This document shows, piece by piece, positions 1-13,119 of a stretch of 64,000 bases of DNA (position 1 is the first letter of the stretch; each line of letters begins with the position of its first letter). The notes below the pieces were generated by a model, which ran no database searches, was not told where the DNA came from, and saw nothing but the letters and a program-made list of their open reading frames with translations. The DNA comes from Adineta vaga. Its lineage: Eukaryota; Animalia; Rotifera. Made by a program: the position numbers and the translations under genes. The stretch is taken from NCBI GenBank assembly GCA_021613535.1, contig CP075495.1, positions 10,602,001 through 10,666,000 on the forward strand. The letters run 5' to 3'.

Positions 1-464
1 ATATTTTGTTTAGTAATCCTCAACGAGGATCTTCAATACAACACACCTATTTTTTTTAAAACACTGCAGTTTTTTATAAAAAAAAAAGTATTCTTCTATA
101 TTTCTTAATAAACACCACCTTGCATTTTAATCACATTAGTTCCTACTGACATCTATGAAGCGATTTCGAATGATGACTTTTGTCGTTTGTTGTATGTAGT
201 AGAATTGAAATAGAAAGAGGAGCACTATTTTAAATGTAAATATACAGTAGATAAGTAATTCATACTCATGTTGTTTCTCGAATATAATATTATCGTTATA
301 TACCAAGCTAATACTTTTTCTTTTTCTTCCATACTAAGATTTTATCAATATTTTCAACAAGGTTTTTTTCCGCCTCCTCACTGTTAACGAAATAATACTG
401 TTATCTTATCTATTTCTCATATGAATCCTCATAAGATATAATTCATACAAAGAAAGTACGAAGG

Positions 465-1731
465 ATGTCCTCATCTACTTTATGTTTACTGAGTATTGCG
501 CTGTTTGTTTCCATCCAAATAACTGAATCTGTTCATAGCATATATTCATATGACGATGGAAATGGCGGTGAAGAACATTGTTGTATTGCACGAATTCGTG
601 AGAATTATTGTTTGGCAACACCGATTACACGTAGTTTGATTCAAGTGAATAATCAATGCCATCAATTCAATGGACCTAAAACTCATCGTTCAAACGGCAA
701 AAAGAAAAATGCTGCATACGAAGATAGAATTCTACGTCGATTAGATGTTAAATCATCGCAAGAAATTGATGATAAAATTCTTTTTGAATTAAAAACTCCA
801 TTAACAACAAGCGTCTTACACAGAGATCTTGTATGTTTAACATCAACAAAACATGGCATAGATTTAGATAAATGTTATTTGGAATTATCTGATGAAGTAA
901 ATCATGATAGTGATGATGATGATAATGACGATGATTTCAAAACAAGCAAAAGTCATAGTAAGAAGAAAAAACAGAATTCTTGTCATATATTCTTTAATTT
1001 GAACTTTTTAGAACAAAGACGACAAGAGCAACGTCGTCGTCGGTTTAATAACAAAACGTGCTCATCATGATGCTAGTGAAGAAGATGAGAACATTGATGA
1101 TGAAAATGCATTAGTTGAAGAAAATATTGCTGAAAAAGAAATACGTCGAAGTGAACTTCATCAAACAGTTCGTATTCGTGAGGGTCGTGGTTTATCGATT
1201 CTTCAAACATATACACTCAATATGACACGTATTCTACAAACTCACGATGAACGTGATCGATGTGTCTCATGGTATCGTAAACAAACACGTAAAATACGTC
1301 GTAATCCTGCAAAACATATAAAATTTTGCAGAGAATTAAATGATCATTTGGAAGACTGTGTTAAAAATCTTGTATTTAGTGACATAGAAAAAGAGCATCA
1401 TTCACACAATACAATCGTTTCTCTTGCTATCGGATCAAAATTATATTGTGAAGATCAAACTGGTGCGAATAAATTACTTGGTATTCATCGTCAAGGTGTT
1501 CTATGTTTACAAGCAGAGAATCAAATGGTTATTGAACAAAAATTCAGTGATATTGCTGGTTTATCTGATATAGAAAAGAATCAAAATGTACTCGATTTTA
1601 TTGACGAAAATTCAAAATTTCGAGCAGAATTCGGTCATGATTGTCATGATACGAAAGAATTAGTGGAAGTAGATATAGATGACAAGGAATATCAAGTCAA
1701 AGTGAAGCAGCTTAAAACTAAACGAGAATAA
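465..1731 (+). CDS. Uncharacterised secreted Cys-rich protein, probably two exons, with an acidic linker
   Basis: Signal peptide MSSSTLCLLSIALFVSIQITES. The frame of ORF 1222..1731 is open back to 1012, just after a ttttag acceptor (1010-1011). Two Cys-containing blocks are separated by D/E-rich sequence. The splice donor is ambiguous (see findings). Confidence 0.6.
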
Positions 1732-1945
1732 AAAGAAAACAAAATGACATTGATGATTGATTTTTATTTTTAAATTGTTTTTTTTCGAATCTTTAGTTAA
1801 AATAAACAAGAAATGAAACATACGTAGTTAGGAGATTAATAATAATTATGGTACATGTTAACATAAAGATACGTGAAAAACAAAACACATGAACAGAAGT
1901 AAAAATACGAAGTTCGTGGTCAGAAAAGCAAGACTTTTTGCATTC

Positions 1946-4156
1946 TCACAGGACTGTTTTAGAGGCGACAAGAAGAATAAAAAGGAAAGTTAAATAGAAC
2001 GATGATATGGGCATGTTGAATGGAGCTAAAATAGAAAAGAAACAATACTATAGATTCAATTGTTTATATCTATAACTAAAAGTCATAAAACGATGTAAAA
2101 AAATTATTGTTTTACACGAACGATACTATACTATATCTCAAGATTTACATTATACTTGTAAAGCTTTCATACTAAGAATCTTTCATTATTTATAGAGAAG
2201 AAAATTCATTAACTTTACCTCGACAAGGTACTTGATCAGCTGGTGCACATCGCCCAATATTTCTGTTAAATCGTAATCCGTGTGTACAACGACTATGATT
2301 TACTACACGATTATCTATGCACTGAATATATGATTGACAATTTGGTTTTGTTCGATCCAAATAGAAACCATCACTATGTCCAGCACATGATGGAATGAAA
2401 TCACATAAACTTTTTCCTACATCATAATTTGATAGATAATGACCTTTAATAATAATATACAATATAGCAAGATCATCTTTTCTTATTAATAAACTAGATT
2501 CTTACATTTACTTAAACATTGTCGACGACCATCACATTTGACTCGTTTATACGGTAAACATGTACGCGTTTGAATATCAAATGAATTCGGATGTGTACAT
2601 GTTTGTGGTATTAATTTACCTGATACACATTCATAAAAATGACAGCAACTTGTTAAATCAACAAAACGAGCACCTTCATTATGTTGTGTACATCGATTTT
2701 TACCTATATCATAAGAAAAATGTATTAATAAAAACTAAAATACTTATTCGTTACATTGAACTTCTTGAGGATAATCACAATTTTGTGTTTCACGATTATA
2801 CAGTAATTGAGCAGGACAAAAAGTAACCATAGCAGTACCTTGCAAACATTCATGATAAAGTGAACAATCAAATGGATCAGGTACACGGCCAGGTTGCATA
2901 GATGGACATTCGACTCTTGCTTGAAATACATGTGACATGGGAGTGACACGTGGTTTATCTGTTAAACCGCGTGGTATCCATGAATCTATACGAGTTGGTC
3001 TATCTGGATATTCAAGATACGTATTCTTTTCTGGACCTAAAGAATTTGGATATAATTATAAGATTTTAAGTGACAAAATTGTATGATAGCTTACAATCGG
3101 ATTGCACAGGCCAAACACACATTTTTTCTTTTTGTGACCAGAAAAGACTTTTAGTACAATTTTTTGGTTGCGGTACACCTATGATTATGAAATTGATTTT
3201 TTCTTTTCGTCTTTTGCTCTAAGTAAATATTAATTAAGCGACGACTATGAACATAACAGTATAATACTCAACACGACTAGACTTTTTCTTATTCTCGTTA
3301 CTTTCCTTTAGCAAATAATCAGTCTGAAGCTTTCTTTTTCTTTTCTTGCTTTCGATGAGAATCAAGATTAATTGTTCACGAATGTAGACAATATAAGATA
3401 TGCATTTACTCTATTGACTCGATGTCCACGTCTCTTGTTCGAATAATAAGATGACACGTTTCTCTTACCGTTTGCACAATATGCATATCGTTTACAATCA
3501 GTTGGATGAGCGATAAAATCGTTATCGACTGATCGACATAAATATTCGAAGATAAATTCACTTGTTCCTGAATAACGTGAAGGATTTTTTCCACGATTGA
3601 TATTATCACCGGTATATGATGATGAAGGAGTTGCATAAATATAATCTTCTTAATAACAGAAAAATTATAATCTTTGATCATAAAAGAAATAACAAGTCAA
3701 ATCTCACCTGGTGGATAGAAAATATGTGTAGGCACTGTTCCTGGAAGAGTATCGTCATAAGATCGTTTAGTACAATTGACCTGTAAGAGGAAAAAAAAGG
3801 AGAAAAGATTATATTTAATTTGAAAGGAATCTTCATTTTTTTGATTTACATTCATTGCCCAATCACATTCATTCTTTTCTGGATTGAATAAAAGATCTTC
3901 TTTACAAGCTTTGACTGAATGTGAACTTCCTACACAAATATGATAGATCCAACAATCTTTTTTGTCAGGAAAAAAACCATCTTTAACACATTTAAATGTT
4001 TCCGATTGTGTTAAATGAAGAATAAAACCTGTTTAAAACGAGAAAAAAAGGAATTTATGAAATATAATTGTTTTATTTCTTCTTTATGAAAAAACAAAGA
4101 ATTAACTTACAAAATTTTAGAAAATAAAATAAACGTCGATGTGACTGATTAAACAT
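1946..4156 (-). CDS. Chitin-binding peritrophin-A (CBM14) multidomain protein with 5 domains, N-terminal signal sequence and C-terminal hydrophobic (GPI-like) tail
   Basis: Spliced exons give five six-Cys units, e.g. CVKDGFFPDKKDCWIYHICVGSSHSVKACKEDLLFNPEKNECDW, CPSMQPGRVPDPFDCSLYHEC...CDYP and CAGHSDGFYLD...CQSYIQC. ATG at 4156; ends FYLTFLFILLVASKTVL-TGA at 1946. Confidence 0.9.
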
Positions 4157-4368
4157 GATGATAATCTAACATTCATTGTGTTCATTATTTAAATAACATG
4201 GTTTCTTTTTTAATATTATTGTGCAATGTGAACATATATTCTCTAAGCATTTTTGTTCTGATCAATGTTACATTAACATAGACTAAAAGATAGAATGTTG
4301 AGACAAATTATCGTATAGTAGAAATTGATGCAAAAAAAACGAACATCAAACACATTTGTTCATTTTCC

Positions 4369-4386
4369 CTCTCTCTCTCTCTCTCT
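4369..4386. repeat. (CT)9 microsatellite upstream of the CBM14 gene
   Basis: ctctctctctctctctct read directly. Confidence 0.9.
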
Positions 4387-5622
4387 TTCTCTTTCCCTTT
4401 ACGTTGCTCGTATGAACAAACAAATGAACGAAACGATGAGAAAAAGAAAAAGTTATTTAAATAAATGTTAATACCTGCACCAACACCGATCAGGAAGTAG
4501 AAAGAAGAAGAGCGACGACCTAGATTATATGAGAAAAGAACAAAAAAGTATCGATGAACCTCGAAAAACGACAAAAAGAAGATGACGAGGAGGCGTTGAT
4601 AATCGAAACCAAATGATCTTGAGAATAATCTTTTACTTTATTTCAAATTAGAAAAGAAAAAAACAAACACATTGATTAACAAAGGATATATCTCACATAC
4701 AAATCCAAAGGAAAAGTCTTTATTTTTTCGAAAAATTATTCTAAACATTAAACAAAAGATTGCGCTAAAAGAAGGACGACAAGTGCGTGATTAGTCAAAG
4801 GTCGATTACGTAAAGTTCCTTTTCTTTTACCTATAAAAATCGCTTACGTGTGTAGATATGTATGTCCTCTTTATGTCATCTCAAACACATTCTCTAGTGA
4901 TTATAATGAGAATTTCTTTGTTCACTAAAGTATGGGTCAACTTTTTTCTTCTTCTTCTTCTGTTTTTTTTTGTAAAGTATCACGCCCAAGGATTAAGCCT
5001 TCTAGTTCACATATGAACATAATTAATCAATGTAAATTTGACTAATAGTTAGTTCATTTAAACTTGAAAGATTATAGCATGATTGAAATGAGAAAAATTA
5101 TATACACTTACCTACGAAGAATTTTCAGCTTGTCTTGTATGAATAGTTTGAAATCAAAATCAATAGTGACGTTTTCTTCGACAATGAAAATAGCAATCAT
5201 TCTTTTGATGAAGTGTAAAAAGGAAAATTGAAGGTTATTCTTACGTTAATGTCATAAGCGGTTTAAATCTACTTCTTATTTTATCTTCTATATTGAAGGA
5301 TACTGTATACATTGCATCATCATTATCATCATTATGAATCTTTTACAGTAACTAAATTGGTTTTATGCAAATGTAATACGCATTTATACAATGTATATAC
5401 TATTCTCCTTCTTCTTCTTTTCATTGAAACTATCGATAATCACATTAAATTTTCGAAAGAATTATACTCATTATCTAATCATAACATTGATTTTTCGTTC
5501 GAAATATGTTTATGAAAAAACAAAAACAAACATGGCAAACCAGAAAAGAAACAAACAATCTAGAATATGTTCGAAAAGAATTGAACTATACAAAGTATTA
5601 TTGTTTTTGTTTTGTCATCTGT

Positions 5623-7780
5623 TCATGAATATGAATCACTACTAATTCCACTCAATTGTTCTATTGTATCAGTAAGTTGACGTTCAATCGATTTGTAATC
5701 AGAATTGGATAAATTCATTCTTTCAAGACGATTTTCCAATTGATCTCTAAAAAATAAGTTTATCAATGTTTTTCGAAGAAAAATATTCTGTATATAATAC
5801 CGATGAGATTTGAGTAGAACAATTTTTGATTGTTTACTTTCTTCATTTAATTTTTTATTTTCCACGAAAGAAGAATTCTAAATATTAGAATTAATTTTAT
5901 TTCATTTTGAACATGAAAACTAACCGATGTTGATGAAAATAATTCCCAAAATTCTTGGTCATCTTTCATTTCAGCTTCACGAGCTTCATCCAATCGTTCG
6001 AATAAGAATTCATTATTAAAATGATGATTTAATAATAATTTTCTTACACAATCGATACTATACAATGCGATTTTGGTGTCATGTTCATGATTTGATAGCA
6101 TACACTTTTCTAAGTGTGCACAAAGAACAGCATTTGTTAATGGAGTGATAATCACAGGTGAAAATTTATAAAGTATTGCCTAGAAATGAATAGTTCATTT
6201 CATTTTGCTCATAATTTTAGAAATTGTTAGGAATTATAACATACGAATCGTTCGATTGTACTTTCAGAAAGTGATGGTTCGAATAGACTACTGATACAAA
6301 ACCATGGTATCATTATCCAATTATTATATCGAGTGAAAATTAATCTTTTATACGATGACGATGGAATATCGATAATTCGTATACAAGGTAAACGACAATT
6401 GGATTGTCGTTGTTGTTCTTCTTCATATTTCTTTTCTTGTTCTTCTCTTTGTTTTAATTGATTTGCTTTGATTTCTTCTGCTAGAAGTCTATAAAGTAAA
6501 AATTTAAGTAAATGAAAACACTCGTCTTCATTCGTTATTCTTACTCTCCTTGTAGATTAAATTCATATATAATTGCTAATAATGGTTTATCAGTTATTGG
6601 ATCTAATTCTTCTGGCTAAAACAAATATATCATAAAAGTATGGATCATTGATTTATACTAAAAGATAGATTATACTTTTAATGTTTTACAATCATCAACT
6701 GGTATAGCCATCTTATGATAGAGTAAAAAATCATTCACACATACGAATGTTTCGTGTGTAACAAATAAGTTTACAAAATAGGAACCATTCGGTGAACGAT
6801 CAAGTACTTCGACTTCTGTTGGAACATTATCAATCACATTTCGAAACGTTTTGATGGCATCTGTAATGCTGGGTCAAAGGATAATCATATAGAAAATTTG
6901 AACAGAATATAGGTTTAGTTTTGTTTCAAACTTACATTCATTCCATAAACCATTCTTTTCTGGTTTAGCTGGTGCAACACCTGCTAATCGACATGGTACA
7001 CTACGAACACATTCATTTCGAAAAGGTACAAGTATATGACGTAAATTTGCACGTGGTACACATTCTTGCCATGTACCTAAATCAACAAGTAGTAAACTAC
7101 ATTGATCTGTTTCACGATGATATTCAAGCAATTGTGCACGATTCCAAACATCTGATTCTATTTCATCGCGTGCTACACAACATAAATTAACACGTAATGC
7201 TGCTTTCGATATTACAAGACGTTGAGCATCGAAACAACGATTATAGAATTCACTAAGAAGAAAGAATGACAATAAAAAATCATCTTATAATTCTGGATAC
7301 ATACTTCATTTTTGAAAAGAAATTATCACTATGAGTAAGATCATCAACCGTTTGTAAGAAGAAACTATGTGGATGTCTAGCTGATACAACAATCACATTC
7401 TTACAGAATCGACCGAGATGAGATTCATAAGTGAATTCATTGGAAAAATCATCAACTAATGAAAAGAGAAATTTATTAATAACTATTTCAATGAACTAAT
7501 TTCTTTTTTACTAGGAATAAAATCATCGTTATAGATAGTCGGAGTTTTAAGCGTTGATTTGATTTGCTTCTAAATGGAAAGAATACAAATAGAAAATGTA
7601 ATGGACAATTTCTTACTGATTGTCTATCTTTCATATCAGGTTCGATGATTGAAACGTTAGTTTGTTTGACACGAGAAGTTAATAATGATCGTTCTTGATT
7701 GAATATTACATCTATAGAAAAGATGAAAATAAAAAAAAACCTGTATTCAAGAAAAAATACGAACTATTAGAAATTTGCAT
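5623..7780 (-). CDS. Extended Tudor-domain protein (multi-exon)
   Basis: VIVVSARHPHSFFLQ...EFYN...CCVARDEIESDVWNRAQLLEY...SLLLVDLGT...LRHILVPF...PCRLAGVAP...W matches the extended Tudor pattern. GT-AG introns; start codon tentative. Confidence 0.8.
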
Positions 7781-8119
7781 GTTGATAGTAGTGTTGGATT
7801 GTAGTGTACTCGAAGCAAAACGATGCGCCATTAATTAAATGAAATCTGAAAACGATGAAAGCAATAAACTTCAATTTTATACTTGTTGGTATGTAATCAA
7901 TCGAAACACAAATAAGTACTATTAAGTTAATTTTATTGAATAAATATGAAAAGAATTCTCTAGTTAACAAAATAACTTTTTTTAAAAAAGAAAAAGAAAT
8001 CATACATTGAAGAAGATTATATAAGAAATAAATAATAATTTCAATTCTTTGACACATATATCATTACGATTGAATCTAAAATGAAAGCGAATAGATCGTT
8101 AAATCATCATTACAACTTT

Positions 8120-10009
8120 TTATACTGGATTGTTTATATCAGTTTGTTTTACAGGACGTTGAGCACGTCGACATGGATAACGACTGGGTTTTTTTATTCG
8201 TGGTTGTATTAATATTTGTGATTCACTACTTGTATCATGAGAATCAGATGCTTAAAATAAACAAATATATAAGGAAGAGCTACTAAGAAGAAAACAATTA
8301 ACTTACACGGTGTATTACCATCAGACGTGGCACTGACTGTCGATAGAAGTAATAATTGTTCTGCATCTTTTTCAGCTATAATTGGTGGATCTATTGATGG
8401 ACTAGCGTGTGTGACAGTTACAATTGGAAAAGCGTTTTTATCTATGAGAAACAAGATCTTATTTAAAAAAAAATAAATATCAGAAAAAAACTAACTTGTT
8501 TGTTTTGATTTTATAGTTTTTCGTTTTCTAGTTAACGAAGGATTCTCGCCATCATTCTATAAACAAAAAAAAAGAATAGATTCATTTATTTTATTTTACT
8601 TTCATTTCAACAAAATACTTCTTTATTTTTCGATAATTTTGTCGTAATTTCATTTCGTTGTTCACTACAACTACTGGTTCTACTAGCAGATGATTCTGTA
8701 CGATCTCGTGTTTTTCGTTTTGATCGTTTTGATTCTAATTGTTCATCCTTAAAATGAATCTTACTAGAGAAAATTCGAGAAAAACTATCAAATAATTATT
8801 ACAATTTGTCGATTGATTGTTCGTTTCTTTGGCCATTCATTTTCATTTGTATCTTTTGTTGGTATTAAAGCAATATCATTATTATTTGCTTTATGCATTG
8901 CAAGCATTTCAATTTGTAAGGAATCATATCTCATATGAATAGATTTTAATTCTTGTTTCAATTGAATTATATCTTGATGCATTTTTTTGTTTGAATTTTG
9001 TTCAATTTTAAGTTTTTCATCATAACAACGTACTTTTCTTTCGGCCTCTTGTTTTCGATATTCTTCCAAGACAAGATCACGTTTTATTCGTTCAATTTCG
9101 TCCATTAATGAATGGATTTCTTCTCTGGATTCTTGTTCATATTGATGAGTTTCTTCGACTTTTTTACTATATTCATTAGTAATACGTTCAAATTTTTGTT
9201 CGATTAATCTCAATTGAACACGTAAGAATTCATTATGGCGAAGAAGTTCATCACGATCATGAAGTCTATCTTCAAAAATTTTCAATGTTTCGTCTTTTGT
9301 ACGTAATTCATTACGTAAAGAATCATGCGATTGAGAGATCTTAATGAAAACATAAAGAAGAACACATAAGATTATTGATATTAATTTGCTTACTAAATGA
9401 TATTTTTCAGATAAGATTTGAATTTGTTGACGTTGATAAAGTAAACATTGTATACTATCAACACGTTCTTGACTGGAATTGATTTTGAATAGAAAATAGA
9501 AACAATATATAGAATTAATTGAATTCTACTGACTGTTTTTCAATCAATAATTTTCGACGATTCGTTGCTTGTTTTTCTAAAATATCTATTGCTTTCTTTG
9601 TACATGATCTCCAATATTCTATCTGTAAAATCATGATTGTAGATATGATTTCTTTCAATAAACATATCTTACTGATGTTTCATCTGTACATGTATTTATT
9701 GGATTGATATCTATCGTTGAAGATGAAATACTTAACATACGAGGAATATTTTCCGAAATATTTTTCTCTCGCATTAACGATTCGTTCTCTAAAGAATTAG
9801 AATAAATGATACTTTTCATTAATATTTTCGATGAAACCATTCGAAAGAGAAGAAAAAAGATTATTACCTGTCGGTGGAATATTATTAGTTACATTTTCTT
9901 CTGTATTAATATCAACTGGTTTATTCTTACGACGTAACCGTTTTTGTGCTTTGTTTTTTACTTTACGTTTTCCAGTTGATTCACTATTACTCAATGATTC
10001 TGATGGCAT
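8120..10009 (-). CDS. Uncharacterised coiled-coil protein with basic (NLS-like) N- and C-terminal segments
   Basis: Starts MPSESLSNSESTGKRKVKNKAQKRLRRK; long E/K/Q/R heptad-like exon at 8800-9340; exons join through GT-AG introns to TAA at 8120. Confidence 0.7.
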
Positions 10010-10330
10010 AATAATCGTCTATAAAAGAATTCAAATTTTTTACTCTCCTTATAAGAATACAAAATGAATAGAAATCGTTTGTTTGAAAGATACATTAATT
10101 TTATGTTCATAACCAATAGAAAATGGTGGACAAATACCCATACTAGCGTATATATATATATAGAAATTATAGTGAAATACATCGATGATGCACTTTCGTT
10201 ATCTTTTTATTGGTTTATTAAAACGGATACTAGTGATCAAAACCAATCGTTTGTGACACGCTGTATTTTCCAAAAAAGAAGATATTAATAAAGAATTTCT
10301 CATCTATCTTAGATAAATAACAACTGATTT

Positions 10331-12490
10331 TTATTCATAAACAGCACCATTTGGTATGACACCAATTAATGTGTTACGTCTTAGTTTACGAAGATAATTT
10401 TCATATAATCGTACATCATCATGATCGGATCCAAATGTATGACGAGCAATATTAAGAGCTTGTGATGCATATTCAATTGCTTCTTTATAATCTTGTAGAC
10501 CATTTAATGTTCGAGCTAAATTATAATTTGTTGTTGCTAATAATCTATGATTTGGTGGAAGAATTTTCTTTTGAATATTTAATGTTTTATTGAAATAAGA
10601 AAATGCTGTAGAATAATCATTTATTCGATGAAACATTTCTCCAATTCGATTATAGGTTTTTGCAATAGAACAATGATATGATGGATAAAAATGAAGTTCA
10701 TTTTCTAAAGCGAATTGATAATGTTGTATTGCATCAACAAATATTCCATCTTCTTCGTAAATTTCTGCTAAATAATGATAAATATTAGCGATTTGTAAAT
10801 GATCATGTGGAAAGAAATGTAATGCAATATTTAATGCACATTTCAAATGTTTAATTGCTTCATTGAATTGTTTTTGTTCTTGAAGAAGAGTTCCAAGATT
10901 AAGATAGATTGGTAAAAGACTAGGATCATTTAATGATAAAATCGTTAAATAAATTTTTAATGATTTTCTATAATGTAATAAGGAATTGGTTGAATCGATC
11001 TTCTTATAATAGATAAATCCAAGTTGTTCATGAACTAAAGCGATTTGTTTGAGATTAGTAATTGAATTTGATAGAATCAAAGCTTGATAGAAGTTTTCAG
11101 CTTTCGAAAATTGTTTTAATTCAATGAGATAAACACCTGATTTTTGCCAAAAAGTTTCACCTTCAATATTCTCGATAGTTTTAAGATATTCTTGTGATTG
11201 TACATCATTCTTATCAATTAAAATTAAATCTATTTGCCAAAGTTGTTCATCTATTTGTTGAATTTCACTAATACGAAAAAGAGAATCGATGGAAAATAAA
11301 AATTCATTTTTCGAATTCAAATAATAACTCGATTGTTCCAGAGATATTAATTTCATTGATGCTGGAATTTCAATTCGATACAGAACTCCACATGATTGAT
11401 GTTGTTTATATCTTTCCGATTGTGCAAAACGTAATGAATGATTTTTATCACTTGTTGCCCAAAAAAAATTTTTAAATGTAAAAAAAATATTGTCAATGTT
11501 TTTCATTTGAATTAAATCTTTTTCTAATATTCCTTGTCCTCGATAAACAAATTTTGGACTGTTTAGATGAATTTCTTCGCAAGTTTGAGTGATTTGTTGA
11601 TGAAGATCTTGAATAAAAAATCTCATAAGGAAAAGTTCTTCGATATTTTCATGATAAAAAGCTTTATCCAATGCATGATAAAGAAAACATTTTCTTGTAT
11701 ACCACCATATTGCTTTTGAAGGTCTATAATATTCTTCAAATTCATTGATTATATCGAATTCATTTGGATATTGTTGACGAACGAAGTTAAAAAAATTATT
11801 TCGAGATTTTTCATTAGAAATAATTTCCGAAAGAAGACATTGATGAATTAGATATTGTACAATTATTGTTGATGAATCATGTATTTCATGGGAAATTGTA
11901 TTATATTCAGATAATTGAAGTTTATATTGAATACTTTGACATATTGATTCAATATTTAGATATATACCTTGAAGTTTTGGATATTGTACTATCCATGGAT
12001 GATTTTGAGATTGAGTTTTCGATAGAATATAAATTGCAATAAGTTGAGATGTTTTATGGATGAATGAAAGAATTTTTTTAGCAAATATTTCCGAGAGAAT
12101 TAAAAAGAGATTTTCTTCTTTCATTTGAAGAATAAATGCAAAAAAATCATCAATATTTATAAATATTCGACAAGAATGAAATGTTCTTTGAAGATAATTA
12201 ATAGCAATTTGATTCTCATCAATAGTTGTTATTAAACAAACAATAGTATAATTTTGAATAATTAACCGTTTCGGATATTGAGACAATTTAGTTGATGGTT
12301 CTTGTTTAATAGACAATATTGATAGACGATTGGATTCTTTAGGTCTAACATCTATAAACTTTTTCGATGGAGATTTAGGAGTCGTTCTTGGTAATGATCC
12401 AATAATTCTATGTGTTACTAATGAAGGTTCAGTATTTAACTGATTTCCCATTGATAATGGAGATGAAAATTGAAGACATTGATTTCCCAT
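10331..12490 (-). CDS. Intronless ADP-ribosyltransferase-like domain + TPR-repeat protein
   Basis: 719-aa ORF. KAIWWYTRKCFLYHAL, VYRGQ, FFWATS and NEFLF form an ART-like core; the C-terminal part has kinesin-light-chain-type TPRs (IAKTYNRIGEMF, LATTNYNLARTL, FGSDHDDV). I recognise this architecture as a family expanded in bdelloids. Confidence 0.8.
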   Translation of the reverse strand: MGNQCLQFSSPLSMGNQLNTEPSLVTHRIIGSLPRTTPKSPSKKFIDVRPKESNRLSILSIKQEPSTKLSQYPKRLIIQNYTIVCLITTIDENQIAINYLQRTFHSCRIFINIDDFFAFILQMKEENLFLILSEIFAKKILSFIHKTSQLIAIYILSKTQSQNHPWIVQYPKLQGIYLNIESICQSIQYKLQLSEYNTISHEIHDSSTIIVQYLIHQCLLSEIISNEKSRNNFFNFVRQQYPNEFDIINEFEEYYRPSKAIWWYTRKCFLYHALDKAFYHENIEELFLMRFFIQDLHQQITQTCEEIHLNSPKFVYRGQGILEKDLIQMKNIDNIFFTFKNFFWATSDKNHSLRFAQSERYKQHQSCGVLYRIEIPASMKLISLEQSSYYLNSKNEFLFSIDSLFRISEIQQIDEQLWQIDLILIDKNDVQSQEYLKTIENIEGETFWQKSGVYLIELKQFSKAENFYQALILSNSITNLKQIALVHEQLGFIYYKKIDSTNSLLHYRKSLKIYLTILSLNDPSLLPIYLNLGTLLQEQKQFNEAIKHLKCALNIALHFFPHDHLQIANIYHYLAEIYEEDGIFVDAIQHYQFALENELHFYPSYHCSIAKTYNRIGEMFHRINDYSTAFSYFNKTLNIQKKILPPNHRLLATTNYNLARTLNGLQDYKEAIEYASQALNIARHTFGSDHDDVRLYENYLRKLRRNTLIGVIPNGAVYE

Positions 12491-13119
12491 TATAGAAAAA
12501 ATGTAATAGTAATATCAGTTATCTAATATGATATCAATTGCATGGTCTTTATTTTTAATCGTAAGAATTCTTTTCTTTCTGTTATCATAGTAAGAATTCA
12601 ACGAGCAGAAGATGATAACAATTATCTTTTTTTACTCGAAATAATGTTTAACAAAAAAGAAAAGTGAAGATATATCTTCACATACATATATATGAAAAAA
12701 GAGACGAGATGATTATGATTTGAAAAATATCTTTGAAATTCATTCCTTCATATTCATTGAACCACGTTTTAAAGTTGGTAAGAAATAGTAAATTATTCGA
12801 AGATCATAAAATAAAACATAATGATGTTTAATCTATATATTTCAAAACATTAGAATTATAAATTAAGTGCATACACTCTCATTATGCATCTCATAAAAAG
12901 AATATCAAACAAATGTTCGTGATATTTTCCAGCTACATGATTTTCTTCATCGGTAGAAATATTCTCAAGATGATGCTTTTATTTTAAGTGTTTGAAAAGT
13001 TTGCAGTAACCATCCATTTTAAATTTTCAAGTGATATGAACAAACAAAGCATACCCACTGTTCCTGTGTAATAAGCTAAACAATATAAAGTCTATACCGT
13101 ATATTTTTTCAAAAAACAA

